From contig CAXXVS010000002.1 of NCBI GenBank assembly GCA_963674755.2, positions 1,280,001 to 1,344,000 of the forward strand: 64,000 nucleotides of DNA, read 5' to 3'. A model generated the notes under the pieces. That model was not told the origin of the DNA, did not search any database, and saw nothing but the letters and a program-made list of their open reading frames with translations. The stretch comes from Desulfobacterales bacterium. GTDB lineage: Bacteria; Desulfobacterota; Desulfobacteria; Desulfobacterales; UBA5852. The position numbers and the translations under genes were made by a program. Below are positions 17,750 to 27,058 of the stretch, piece after piece (position 1 is the stretch's first letter; every line of letters begins with the position of its first letter).

Positions 17750-18472
17750 CTAATCATAATAGTCATGGGCGCGCAGGGTGGCCACGACTTCATCAAAGGC
17801 CGGCTTGCTTTCTTCAAAGCGATCTTCACGGCACACCATCATCACAACGGTCTGACAGGCATGCTCTTTTTGGCATGGAACCAGGAACCATTCGAATATC
17901 AAGCGTTGCGGCACCTGGTTTACCTCAATCAGCGCATCAACCCCGAAAACCATCTCGGGCTTGAAGGCCCGCTGGCTGAGAAAATAATTTTGTTGGGTTG
18001 TTACCAGGTTGTCTTTGTAAACATGATAGTCGAAGCGTTTGACATCCACTTCCGCATCCAGCTCGTTGCGCATCTCCTCGATACGCTCCTGCCAATAGGG
18101 CGCGTCGAGGTTGATATAGCGCGGCAACACCAATCTCAGTTTTTCATTCATCACGGCGATAAGGGCTTGTGAATCATGACGGGTCAACACCAGGCTGGCC
18201 ATATCTGCATCGACCCAGCCGGCTTTCTTTTCCAGAACGTCCTCCGGATCGTCGGCCGGCACCCAGCCGTCAGGCAATTCCAGGGAAAATTCGTATTCAA
18301 AGTTGGTGTAGGTTTTACCGACGATCAGCGGCGAGGGGACCATGGAGCACCCTGTCTGTCCCCAAAGGGCGGCCAGGAAGATCAGCAACGGCAGAAGCAT
18401 CAAGGGGAAAGGGCCTTGTCGCGTCCCGGGATGTGGGTGGCGCCGCACAGTCAAAACAAGTCTTATCCTCAC
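17750..18472 (-). CDS. Hypothetical lipoprotein (start may be ATG at 18400)
   Basis: Hydrophobic signal ending GQTGC; YTNFEYEFSLELPDGW. Confidence 0.65.
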   Translation of the reverse strand: MRIRLVLTVRRHPHPGTRQGPFPLMLLPLLIFLAALWGQTGCSMVPSPLIVGKTYTNFEYEFSLELPDGWVPADDPEDVLEKKAGWVDADMASLVLTRHDSQALIAVMNEKLRLVLPRYINLDAPYWQERIEEMRNELDAEVDVKRFDYHVYKDNLVTTQQNYFLSQRAFKPEMVFGVDALIEVNQVPQRLIFEWFLVPCQKEHACQTVVMMVCREDRFEESKPAFDEVVATLRAHDYYD

Positions 18473-18876
18473 TAGGTAAAAAATGGGATATAGTCGGCCT
18501 GAAAAACCACTAAAATGGCCAGCTCAAGAAGGTGCTTCATAGTCGATTTTTCCTCAATTGCCAATGCCGCTGTTACAGCGTGTGCCGTCAGCCCCTATAG
18601 GAGCGATCCCATTGACAGCCGTGGGGGCCTGGATTTTCCCTTTAAATGACGTTTTTTGCTTGTGCAATTGCAGGACAGCACGTAATTTTGAGCCAATACC
18701 CTGAACCTGCTGCAACGTGTCCGTCCAAAAACGGCATTTGGGGGCCCCGGCCGGCGTTCTGACTCTTTTGGAATCCCCGACGTAGTCCCGCTACATCTGC
18801 GATTCCAACATCGTTGCGGCCCTGGCCCGAACCGAAATCTACCATCTCTGACGGGCACTACCTTAAGGAGGCTTAT

Positions 18877-19263
18877 ATGACCCTACTCGTCAGTGTCCAC
18901 CCCAAGGCTCTGGGGGCCTATGCCGTCACCCTTGCGGGAGAAATCAACGGGCGGACCTTCTCGATCCTGGAAACCAAACTGGATCAATTGCTGGAGGAAA
19001 AACCGACGTTGATCGTACTCGACATGGCGGAGGTCACCTATCTGAGCAGCGTCGGCATCCGGGTGATCCTCAAAACCAGAAAAGCGCTGACCGCCAATGC
19101 CGGCAAGCTCGTGTTCATGAACCTCCAGCCCCAGATCAAAAAGGTATTCGAGATTGTCAATGCCCTGCCGAGCATGCGGGTCTTCAAGGATTTGCGGGAA
19201 ATGGACGCCTATCTGGACCGAATGCAGCGCAAAGCCGCCGGTGCGATGCAAGATGAGGAGTGA
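18877..19263 (+). CDS. STAS-domain anti-sigma-factor antagonist
   Basis: AAGGAGG RBS; IVLDMAEVTYLSSVGIRVI. Confidence 0.9.
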   Translation: MTLLVSVHPKALGAYAVTLAGEINGRTFSILETKLDQLLEEKPTLIVLDMAEVTYLSSVGIRVILKTRKALTANAGKLVFMNLQPQIKKVFEIVNALPSMRVFKDLREMDAYLDRMQRKAAGAMQDEE

Positions 19264-19269
19264 GCCGGT

Positions 19270-20409
19270 CTAGTGCGGCCGATTGGCGCTCAGGGCCGCG
19301 GCGATCGCGATAAACTTTCCCTGGCAGGCCATGAAAGCCGCCACCACGCGGGGGTCGAAATGCGTGCCGGATCTCTCCCGGATGAAACGTACCGCTTCCT
19401 CGTGGGACAGGCCGGGTTTGTAGATCCGTTTGCTGATCAGGGCGTCATAGACATCCGCCACCGCCACCAGGCGCGCCGATAAGGCGATCGCATCGCCTTT
19501 GATGCCAAAGGGGTAGCCGCTGCCGTCCCATTTTTCATGGTGCCCCAAGGTAATTTCGATGGCTCTTGACAGATAAGGACTCCCGCCCCCCAGTTCCTCA
19601 CGCAGTTCCAGCAGGGTATCCCCACCGATCGTTGGATGGTTTTGCATAATCGCGCGTTCCCGGGAACTCAAGCCCCCCTTCTTGAACAGGATGCCGTCCG
19701 GAATGGCGACCTTGCCGATGTCGTGCAGGGCGGCCGTTTTGACCACGCTCCGAATCCATTCCGGGGTAATGGTGGCATCGCTTTTCGCCAATTCCAGCGC
19801 CAGAATTTCCACATAGCGGGAAATGCGTTCCAGGTGTTTGCCGGTATGGTCATCGCGGGCCTCAGTCATTTTGGCCATTGCGAAGACGATGCCGTCCCGG
19901 CTGCGCAACAGTTCCCGCCTCTGCTCGGCGACCTTTTGCGCCAGGCTCCGGTTCAATTCCGTCAGATCGGCATTGGCCTTGCGCAGCTGCCGCTGGTGGC
20001 AGCGCAGGGCCAGGTGGGTATTGACCCGGGCAATGACTTCCTCGGGCTGGAAGGGTTTGGTGATGTAATCGACCGCTCCCAGTCCGAGGCCCTTGACTTT
20101 GGCTTGCGTATGTTCGACGGCGGAAAGAAAAATCACCGGAATGTCAGAGGTCTGCGGATCGGACTTCAGACGGCGGCAAACTTCATAACCATCCATATCC
20201 GGCATCCGGATGTCGAGCAGAACCAGATCGGGTGCGGCTTGGGTGGCCATGGCCAAAGCAGCGGCGCCGTCCCGGGCCGCAAGCAGACGGTAGCCGTTGT
20301 CTTCCAGGGTCGCTTGCAGCACCTGGAGGTTGGTGGGATTGTCATCCACCATCAAGATTTTTTCGTCGTCTTTCCGCTGCCGGCAGGCCAGGTCATCCTC
20401 CGGGCGCAT
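19270..20409 (-). CDS. Response regulator with HD-GYP domain (RpfG-like c-di-GMP phosphodiesterase)
   Basis: REC domain (VDD, LLDIRMP, KP); LHDIGK; HHEKWDGSGYP. Confidence 0.93.
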   Translation of the reverse strand: MRPEDDLACRQRKDDEKILMVDDNPTNLQVLQATLEDNGYRLLAARDGAAALAMATQAAPDLVLLDIRMPDMDGYEVCRRLKSDPQTSDIPVIFLSAVEHTQAKVKGLGLGAVDYITKPFQPEEVIARVNTHLALRCHQRQLRKANADLTELNRSLAQKVAEQRRELLRSRDGIVFAMAKMTEARDDHTGKHLERISRYVEILALELAKSDATITPEWIRSVVKTAALHDIGKVAIPDGILFKKGGLSSRERAIMQNHPTIGGDTLLELREELGGGSPYLSRAIEITLGHHEKWDGSGYPFGIKGDAIALSARLVAVADVYDALISKRIYKPGLSHEEAVRFIRERSGTHFDPRVVAAFMACQGKFIAIAAALSANRPH

Positions 20410-20644
20410 GCGAGGTCCCCATCTGCAGTTGATTCCCAGTGTTTGGTGTAAAGGCGCTACCGCCCGGGGGTTTCAGGCGGTCATCTGGCCGATGCCCGTC
20501 CCCGGGCTGGGCGCAACATAAGCAGCCCCGCCACGGTAGGCAATCTCAGGCAGCAAGATATCCCGAGGGACCCGATCCTAAAAAATGTCCCTTCGCGTCT
20601 AAACGGGAGCACGGCCGAGACTGGCGCCGGCCGGATGCGCCGTC

Positions 20645-20899
20645 CTATGGAGCGGGCGATCCGTCGGAGTCCACTGTTTCAGCATTTAGATCGGGTACCG
20701 GCGGATCTTCCGGCACGGAAGGCGGTACGCCATAGATCGTATAGACGCCCGCCGTGCCCGTGAAGAGTCCCGGCCCCGGCTTGAGTTCGTTGTCGGGCTG
20801 GTAGTGGAAAGGTTGGGGCGGCGTGGCGCAGCCCGCCAGCACCCAGAGCCCCACCCCACCCAGCAGTACCAAACGTTTCAAGATGTTCATGAGAGCCAT
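20645..20899 (-). CDS. Small lipoprotein
   Basis: Lipobox LAGC; directly downstream of the porin. Confidence 0.7.
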   Translation of the reverse strand: MALMNILKRLVLLGGVGLWVLAGCATPPQPFHYQPDNELKPGPGLFTGTAGVYTIYGVPPSVPEDPPVPDLNAETVDSDGSPAP

Positions 20900-20903
20900 C
20901 CCC

Positions 20904-22250
20904 TTAAAATTTCACTCGTACGCCGGTCATCAGCGCATTGATGGCGTCAAAGTCGGCCTGTTCCCGATCCAGATCGTACCAGCGATACCCGATATAATAC
21001 TCCGAGCCCCATTCCGGAAATTCCTGGACCGCCTGAAAGCCCATCGACCTGGCTTCATCTCCGTCCTGGGCGACGTCGTCGTTGCGGGCATAGTCCACCG
21101 AAAACCGGGTCTCGCCGACCTGGAACCATTTGGCCCGATACCCCAGTTTGGCGTAGTAGAAGGTGGGGTCGTCATTGCGGGAGGTTCCGTTCGGGTTTTG
21201 CAGTCCGCTGTCCAGATTCTGGTAGCCGCCGGCCACCGTAAAATTCCACCCGCTGCGGTGCAGAATGGAAGCGCTGCCGTTGTACTGGTTGGCGACGGTG
21301 TTGCTGATGGCCTGGGGATCGGCATAGGCCAGCGCCGCGGCGAATTCCCAGTCCTGGCCCCACTTGGCGGCGTACCGCAGGGCCACGTCCCCCCCGTCGG
21401 AAAGCAGCGAGCCGGAGAGCTGGAATCCCCAGAAGTCAGGGCTGTCGTAACGGATGCGGTTGCGGCGGCTCAGACCGTCGAAATCGTTGAAAACACTTCT
21501 GACCGCAGTGTTCGAAAGGGCGTTGGTGGCATCGTTGTAAAACAAAATCCCACCGGCCATGTCCTCGACGCTGGCATAGCCCACCACGCTGGTGCCGGAC
21601 AGGTCCATCTCCGAGGTGCCGTCCGAGGCGGTGCTGCCCTTGCCCAGATAGAGCTTGCCGAAACGCTTGGAGGTCAGCTGGGCATCCATCCAGCGTTCGT
21701 TGAAACCGGTGCCGTCCCCATCATTCGGGTTCTTGTCGTTCTGGTTGACCATGTTGCTGGGATTGGACTGGTACTCGAACTCCATACGCGTACCGATGGT
21801 GAGATCGTCATTGACCTTGGCCTCGCCCAACAGTCCGATGCGCGAAGAGGAATTGTCGTTGTCGACAAAGTAGTAGTCCGAGCTGTTCCCGTCGTCGGCC
21901 GCCAGAAAGGCCCGGTCGACCTGCCCGTAGAGCTCGACCGACACCTTGTCGCCTTTGCCTTTGCCATGCAAGACACTCTTCGTATAGGGCGTCTTGGCCA
22001 CCTCGGCCAGGGCGGCCGCCTTGGCTTCGTCCACCGCCTTCTGGGACAAGGCATCCACCTGCTGTTGCAGCTTCTCCAGCGCTTTGGCCTGGGCCTCGAT
22101 CTGGGCCTGCTGCTGTTTGATCAGCTGCTCCATACGCTCCAGCGTCTTTTCATCCACCGCACCGGCAGGGCCCGCCAGGCTCAACACCAGGCCGACCGCC
22201 ACCAGAAATCCCGCCATGCGGCGGGACATGCATCGCTTTCGGGACATCAT
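20904..22250 (-). CDS. Porin (Gram-negative type) with N-terminal coiled coil
   Basis: AAGGAGG RBS; signal peptide; VELYGQVD, SSRIGLLG, RYDSPDFWG; terminal RVKF. Confidence 0.85.
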   Translation of the reverse strand: MMSRKRCMSRRMAGFLVAVGLVLSLAGPAGAVDEKTLERMEQLIKQQQAQIEAQAKALEKLQQQVDALSQKAVDEAKAAALAEVAKTPYTKSVLHGKGKGDKVSVELYGQVDRAFLAADDGNSSDYYFVDNDNSSSRIGLLGEAKVNDDLTIGTRMEFEYQSNPSNMVNQNDKNPNDGDGTGFNERWMDAQLTSKRFGKLYLGKGSTASDGTSEMDLSGTSVVGYASVEDMAGGILFYNDATNALSNTAVRSVFNDFDGLSRRNRIRYDSPDFWGFQLSGSLLSDGGDVALRYAAKWGQDWEFAAALAYADPQAISNTVANQYNGSASILHRSGWNFTVAGGYQNLDSGLQNPNGTSRNDDPTFYYAKLGYRAKWFQVGETRFSVDYARNDDVAQDGDEARSMGFQAVQEFPEWGSEYYIGYRWYDLDREQADFDAINALMTGVRVKF

Positions 22251-22457
22251 TAATTCCTCCTTTCGTTTTTGCTTGTGGGAGACAAATGGGTTGTCTATGT
22301 CACGAATGGTATGGTCAAGCTGTGTTCGGGGGTACCAACAGTTCGGTGAGCGTGCCGATCCGGGCGGCATTCGACAGGCCCCTCAAGGTTGGGCGGTCGT
22401 CGGAGGGCCCGGTCTACGGTGCCACCGCTGACCGGGCCGCCGTTCCGGCCAGGCCTG

Positions 22458-23084
22458 TCAGATCGGAAGGGCGGCAAGCTGGGTGGCGACCACGCGGCTG
22501 AAGGTCAGCAACAGACCGCTCATGGCCGTCACGACCGCTTCATTGCTGTCGCCTTCCACCGGCTGCTGCAAGGTCATCCGCTTGCGCGGCGCCAGGGCCT
22601 TGCCGCCACGATCCAGCCATTCCCAACTGACGATCAGTAGGGCGCTCCCGTTGCGCACCGCGTCAAACCGGTCGATTTCCATCTGGAGCTGAAACTGCGG
22701 CGTGGATACCACCCACCAGGGATAGCGATAAACCCCGCCGCTGCCGGTGATGGTCGCCAGATTGTCCACCATGACCCGAATGGTGTTCTGTTTCAGGGGT
22801 TCTGCCCAGTTGGCGAAGGGGGCGGCGATGATCTCGCTGGCGCCGGACCGGGTGACCAGTTGCGGCCGGTCGAGGTAAGCGGGAAATACCAGGGGCCCCA
22901 CCCCGATGGTCATGGGCTCCGCCCTGGCCGATGCCACGCGATCGGTATCGGAAGCCAATGCCGTCAGGACATAGAGCCTGGGCAGCCGCCGGGTGCCTTC
23001 ACCCAGGCGGAGGCACCCGGCGACAAGGACCGCCAGGATCATTACCGCACTCATTGCATAGAACAGAGAACGCTTGGGCATCAC
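22458..23084 (-). CDS. PqiC-family (ABC auxiliary) lipoprotein
   Basis: VAGC lipobox; PAYLDRPQLV, WAEPL. Confidence 0.85.
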   Translation of the reverse strand: MMPKRSLFYAMSAVMILAVLVAGCLRLGEGTRRLPRLYVLTALASDTDRVASARAEPMTIGVGPLVFPAYLDRPQLVTRSGASEIIAAPFANWAEPLKQNTIRVMVDNLATITGSGGVYRYPWWVVSTPQFQLQMEIDRFDAVRNGSALLIVSWEWLDRGGKALAPRKRMTLQQPVEGDSNEAVVTAMSGLLLTFSRVVATQLAALPI

Positions 23085-24073
23085 TGGCCTCCCGGATTTT
23101 CCAGGCCCCGAATCAGGGCCTCGGGTTGCTGCTGCAGCAAATCGGTTAAGGCCCGCAGGGAGTTGGCGGCCGCCCCGACCTCCTTCAGGGCCTTGGCGAC
23201 TTCGTAATGAAAAGCGGACCGCTCGCCATATCCCTCGGCCAGCAGGTCGACGGTTTGCAGCGTCTGATCAGCCTTGACCATGGCCTGGCGAATGGCTTCA
23301 AGCGCTGCCCGGGCCTCGACCAGCACCGGATCGATTTGCCGGTCGGTGTCCTGAATGAGTTTATCCGCGTTGTGCGAGGCGCGTTGCAGGCTCCGCAGCA
23401 GGGGCGCGGTCTGTTCGTCCAGATGGCGGGCCAGACCACCCACCGCGTCGGCCGCCGTCCGAATACTGCCGAGGACTTTCTCCAATTCGTTTTTGTCGAG
23501 GATGCCGCCGACCTGTTGCACGGCCTGATTGATGTTGTCGACCAATTCCCGAAAGGAAATTTTCTCGAGGGCCTGGGCGAGACGCTCGAAGCTGGAAGGA
23601 ATGGTGGGAATCTCCGGAATCTTGCCGTCTCCTTTGAGACTTACCGAACTGTTGGGATAGAAATCCATCTGGATCATGAGTTGACCGGTAACGATGCTTT
23701 GCAGGGACAATTGGGCGCGCATGCCTTTTTCGATCAAGGTCCGTAAATCCGATACCCCCTTTGGCCCGCGACCGGCCCCTTCCGAATGATGGAAACGCCG
23801 GGGATCGATCTCCACCATGACGGGCACCGTGAATTTCAAGGGGTTGCTTTCGATGAAGACCGAGATGTCGGTTACTTCGCCCACCCGCACGCCGCGAAAC
23901 GCCACGGGGGCACCGATATTCAACCCCTTGAGGTCGCCGTCGAAGTACATGACATAGGTTTCCTGGCTCCGAAAAAACACGCCGGAGCCAAAGGTCAGGA
24001 TGCCGGCCACCGCCAGCACCAGGGCTCCGATAACAAAGGCTCCGATGGCGGTCTTGCTCCCCTTTAGACTCAT
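23081..24073 (-). CDS. mlaD: MCE/MlaD-family protein
   Basis: IGAFVIG; GLNIGAPVAFRGVRVGEV; C-terminal QPEALIRG. Confidence 0.88.
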   Translation of the reverse strand: MSLKGSKTAIGAFVIGALVLAVAGILTFGSGVFFRSQETYVMYFDGDLKGLNIGAPVAFRGVRVGEVTDISVFIESNPLKFTVPVMVEIDPRRFHHSEGAGRGPKGVSDLRTLIEKGMRAQLSLQSIVTGQLMIQMDFYPNSSVSLKGDGKIPEIPTIPSSFERLAQALEKISFRELVDNINQAVQQVGGILDKNELEKVLGSIRTAADAVGGLARHLDEQTAPLLRSLQRASHNADKLIQDTDRQIDPVLVEARAALEAIRQAMVKADQTLQTVDLLAEGYGERSAFHYEVAKALKEVGAAANSLRALTDLLQQQPEALIRGLENPGGQ

Positions 24074-24116
24074 GCTTTACTCCCGAATAGGCGCTCGGAA
24101 AGCACCGCTCCCCATG

Positions 24117-24881
24117 TCAGACATGAAAGGTATGGTCCCGTGTAAGAAACCGTACGATACGGTCATCCCGCGACGAAGCCGCCAGTTGCTTCGGATCGCC
24201 CCGGGCGATCATGGTTTTCGCTTCCGCATCCAAAAAAACCGCCCCGCTGCCGATGGAAAATATGCTGGCCAGTTCATGGGTCACCACGATCACCGTGGTT
24301 CCCAGACTGTCGTTGATTTCCAGAATCAGATCATCCAGCCGTTTGGCGCTGATCGGATCCAGGCCGGCCGAAGGCTCGTCGAAAAACAGGATTTCCGGAT
24401 CCAGGGCCATGGCCCTGGCCAGACCGGCCCGCTTGCGCATGCCGCCGCTGATTTCCGCCGGGTAGTAGTCCTCAAATCCCGCCAATCCCACCAGGGCCAA
24501 CTTAAGGGCCACCATTTCGCCGATGCGTTGCCGGTCCAGTCGGGTGTATTCCCGCAACGGCAGGGCCACATTTTCCGCCAGGGTCATGGAACTCCATAAA
24601 GCGCCGCCCTGGTAGAGAATGCCCATACGGCGCATGAGGTCCTGGCGGACGGGTTCGGGGGAGGCCCAGAAATCGGTAGCGCCGTATAAGATCCGCCCGC
24701 CCGCCGGCGCCTGCAACCCGATCAGATGCCTGAGCAGGGTGCTTTTCCCGCAACCGCTGCCCCCCATGACGATAAAAATATCACCCCGCTTGACCTCGAA
24801 GTTGAGGTCGCGCTGGATCACGACGTCACCATAAGCCATGGTGAGATCCTGGACGACGATATGGGCAGGGCCTTCACTCAT
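24117..24881 (-). CDS. mlaF: MlaF-type ABC ATP-binding protein
   Basis: GGSGCGKS, ISGGMRKRAGLARA, FFDEPSAGLDP. Confidence 0.9.
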   Translation of the reverse strand: MSEGPAHIVVQDLTMAYGDVVIQRDLNFEVKRGDIFIVMGGSGCGKSTLLRHLIGLQAPAGGRILYGATDFWASPEPVRQDLMRRMGILYQGGALWSSMTLAENVALPLREYTRLDRQRIGEMVALKLALVGLAGFEDYYPAEISGGMRKRAGLARAMALDPEILFFDEPSAGLDPISAKRLDDLILEINDSLGTTVIVVTHELASIFSIGSGAVFLDAEAKTMIARGDPKQLAASSRDDRIVRFLTRDHTFHV

Positions 24882-24917
24882 TGCGTAGCAAAACCTGAGG
24901 ATCCCGATGGTGTGGGA

Positions 24918-26057
24918 TTACACACCGATAATATTGCAGATCACCGTAATGATGGCATCCGCGACCACAATAGCGACAATGCCGGTCACCACCGCCCGGG
25001 TGGCCGCCCCGCCCACCGCCATGGCGCTGCGGCCGCACTGCATGCCGCGCAGGCAACCGGCCATGGCCACCAAAACGCCGAAGACAGCGCTTTTGACCAG
25101 CCCGACCGTGAAATGATTCAGGGCCACGGCATGCTGGGTTTGCACCCAGTACTGCCGGAAAGGCAGGTCCAGCATGCCGGTGCCGACGATGAAACCGCCG
25201 GCAATGCCCATCAGATCGGCATAGAGGCACAGGAGAGGCATCATCAGAACCAATGCCAGGATACGCGGGAGCACCAAAAATTCAATGGGGGAAATCCCCA
25301 TGGTGACCAGGGCGTCAATCTCTTCGTTGACCTGCATGGTGCCCAACTGGGCGGCAAAGGCTGCCCCCGTGCGCCCCGCCATGATGACCGCGGCCATCAT
25401 GGCCCCCATTTCCCGGGCCATGCCCAAACCCACCAGGTTGGCCACATAGATCTGGGCGCCGAACATGCGCAATTGTACCGCACCCACAAAGGCCAGGATC
25501 AACCCCACGAGGACGCTGATCAGCGAGACGATTGGAAGCGCCCGGGCACCGCAATCCTGCACCATGAATCCGAAATCCCGCCAGGGAAAACGCGCCCGGC
25601 CGGTCACGAGGCGGCCGGCGGCTGCAACAATCTCGCCGGTGAACGTCAATACCGAGCGTGCCTCCGCAAGGACGGCAACGGTATGATCCCCGACCCGCTC
25701 CAGCCATCCCGCATATCCCCGGTGACGCCGAGCGCCCTGCCTTTCCGGCACGCCCATGGCAAGCTCAAGCATCCGGCGGGCTCCCTCCGGCAATCCTTCC
25801 GTTTTGAACGCGATGTTTGCCGACCGGCAATGTTGCCTGAGTGTCAGGAGGAATGCCAGGTAGGCGCTGTCCCAGCTCTCCAGGGCGCGGGTATCAAATC
25901 CGACGCCGGCCGGTTTAAACGCCTCCAGGGCATCCACCAGCGATTGGAACGGGGGGATATCGGCCTGGACCCGCCAATCCCCCGCAAAGCGGATTTCAGC
26001 CGCCGTTTCATCTGATCGGTGGAGATGAAATTGTGCCGGCGTGAAGTGATCCGTCAT
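24918..26057 (-). CDS. mlaE: MlaE-type ABC permease with N-terminal STAS-like domain
   Basis: REMG, AGRTGAAFAAQLGTMQVNEEIDAL. Confidence 0.9.
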   Translation of the reverse strand: MTDHFTPAQFHLHRSDETAAEIRFAGDWRVQADIPPFQSLVDALEAFKPAGVGFDTRALESWDSAYLAFLLTLRQHCRSANIAFKTEGLPEGARRMLELAMGVPERQGARRHRGYAGWLERVGDHTVAVLAEARSVLTFTGEIVAAAGRLVTGRARFPWRDFGFMVQDCGARALPIVSLISVLVGLILAFVGAVQLRMFGAQIYVANLVGLGMAREMGAMMAAVIMAGRTGAAFAAQLGTMQVNEEIDALVTMGISPIEFLVLPRILALVLMMPLLCLYADLMGIAGGFIVGTGMLDLPFRQYWVQTQHAVALNHFTVGLVKSAVFGVLVAMAGCLRGMQCGRSAMAVGGAATRAVVTGIVAIVVADAIITVICNIIGV

Positions 26058-26167
26058 CGCGACCTGCGGCCTATGTGATGTTGTCGGATAAGCGAGTACG
26101 GTTCAAAGCCGTGCCCGCGGGGGTGGGAGCCTGCTACACAAGATCGTTGATGCGCTGGCGATCGTCT

Positions 26168-26722
26168 TCAGAATCGGTAGACCATGGCCAGCATGATCAT
26201 ATCCACCCCGGGATTTTCGCTGTAAATCCCGGCATTGGACATGTGCTGAACGCGGGCCAGGACACTGAGGTTTTCCAGAAACCAGTAGTATAAGCTGATG
26301 TGGTGGGTGAACTGTAGCGGTCCGCCCAAATCTTCGGCCCCGTATTGGTGCCTGCTGATCAGGGTCAGGGCCGACCCGGCCCGCAATTCAATGGGCAAGC
26401 GACCGCCGGCGCCGTTGAAAACGAATTCGAAACCCAGCGAACCCGCAACTCCTCTTTCGCCGCCACCGTCCAAAATTCCCACACTTGTCGTCAGGTTGGT
26501 GTCGACTTGGATGGCCCGCCCCCACTGCCAGCTCCAGGGGAGGCCATAACTAGCAAACAAATCGTACTGGTTGAAGGATTCATCCTCGTTGTTGAAACTG
26601 GGCCCGGCACGCAGCCCCGCTTCCCAGGAACTTCGACCAGCGATCGCATTTACAGGGCAAAGGGCGATGATGGCGGCGATCAGCATGGCAAAGGCCATCA
26701 GCAGAGGTCGGTAACGTTGCAA
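26168..26722 (-). CDS. PagL-like acyloxyacyl hydrolase (outer-membrane beta-barrel)
   Basis: Signal peptide; LGGPLQF, QHMSNAGIYSENPG; terminal YRF. Confidence 0.8.
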   Translation of the reverse strand: MQRYRPLLMAFAMLIAAIIALCPVNAIAGRSSWEAGLRAGPSFNNEDESFNQYDLFASYGLPWSWQWGRAIQVDTNLTTSVGILDGGGERGVAGSLGFEFVFNGAGGRLPIELRAGSALTLISRHQYGAEDLGGPLQFTHHISLYYWFLENLSVLARVQHMSNAGIYSENPGVDMIMLAMVYRF

Positions 26723-27058
26723 TTTTTCGGTCGCCCTCCCCTGTCGATGATGTCGTTGCCGTTTTTACCCGCCGGGCGAACCCGCTCATAAACCCGTGCC
26801 CGACGTGACCGAATCATAGCATAAATTATTCCGGTTGCAATACCACCCGCACGTGCTAATTTAAAATCTTTCAAGCACTTGGGACTTCCGGATAACGGTT
26901 TGGAGTCCTGCGCGGCCGCCTTGCACCGCGTTAGTGATTGACATGGCGACCGCCATATGCCATGTGCGGTCCTTTTCTTTCCCAACCCAGCGTCGGATGA
27001 CGCCCCGTCGGAGGAAACGAACCGGGGCTGATGTAAAAATCAATTAGGAGCATTTTGC

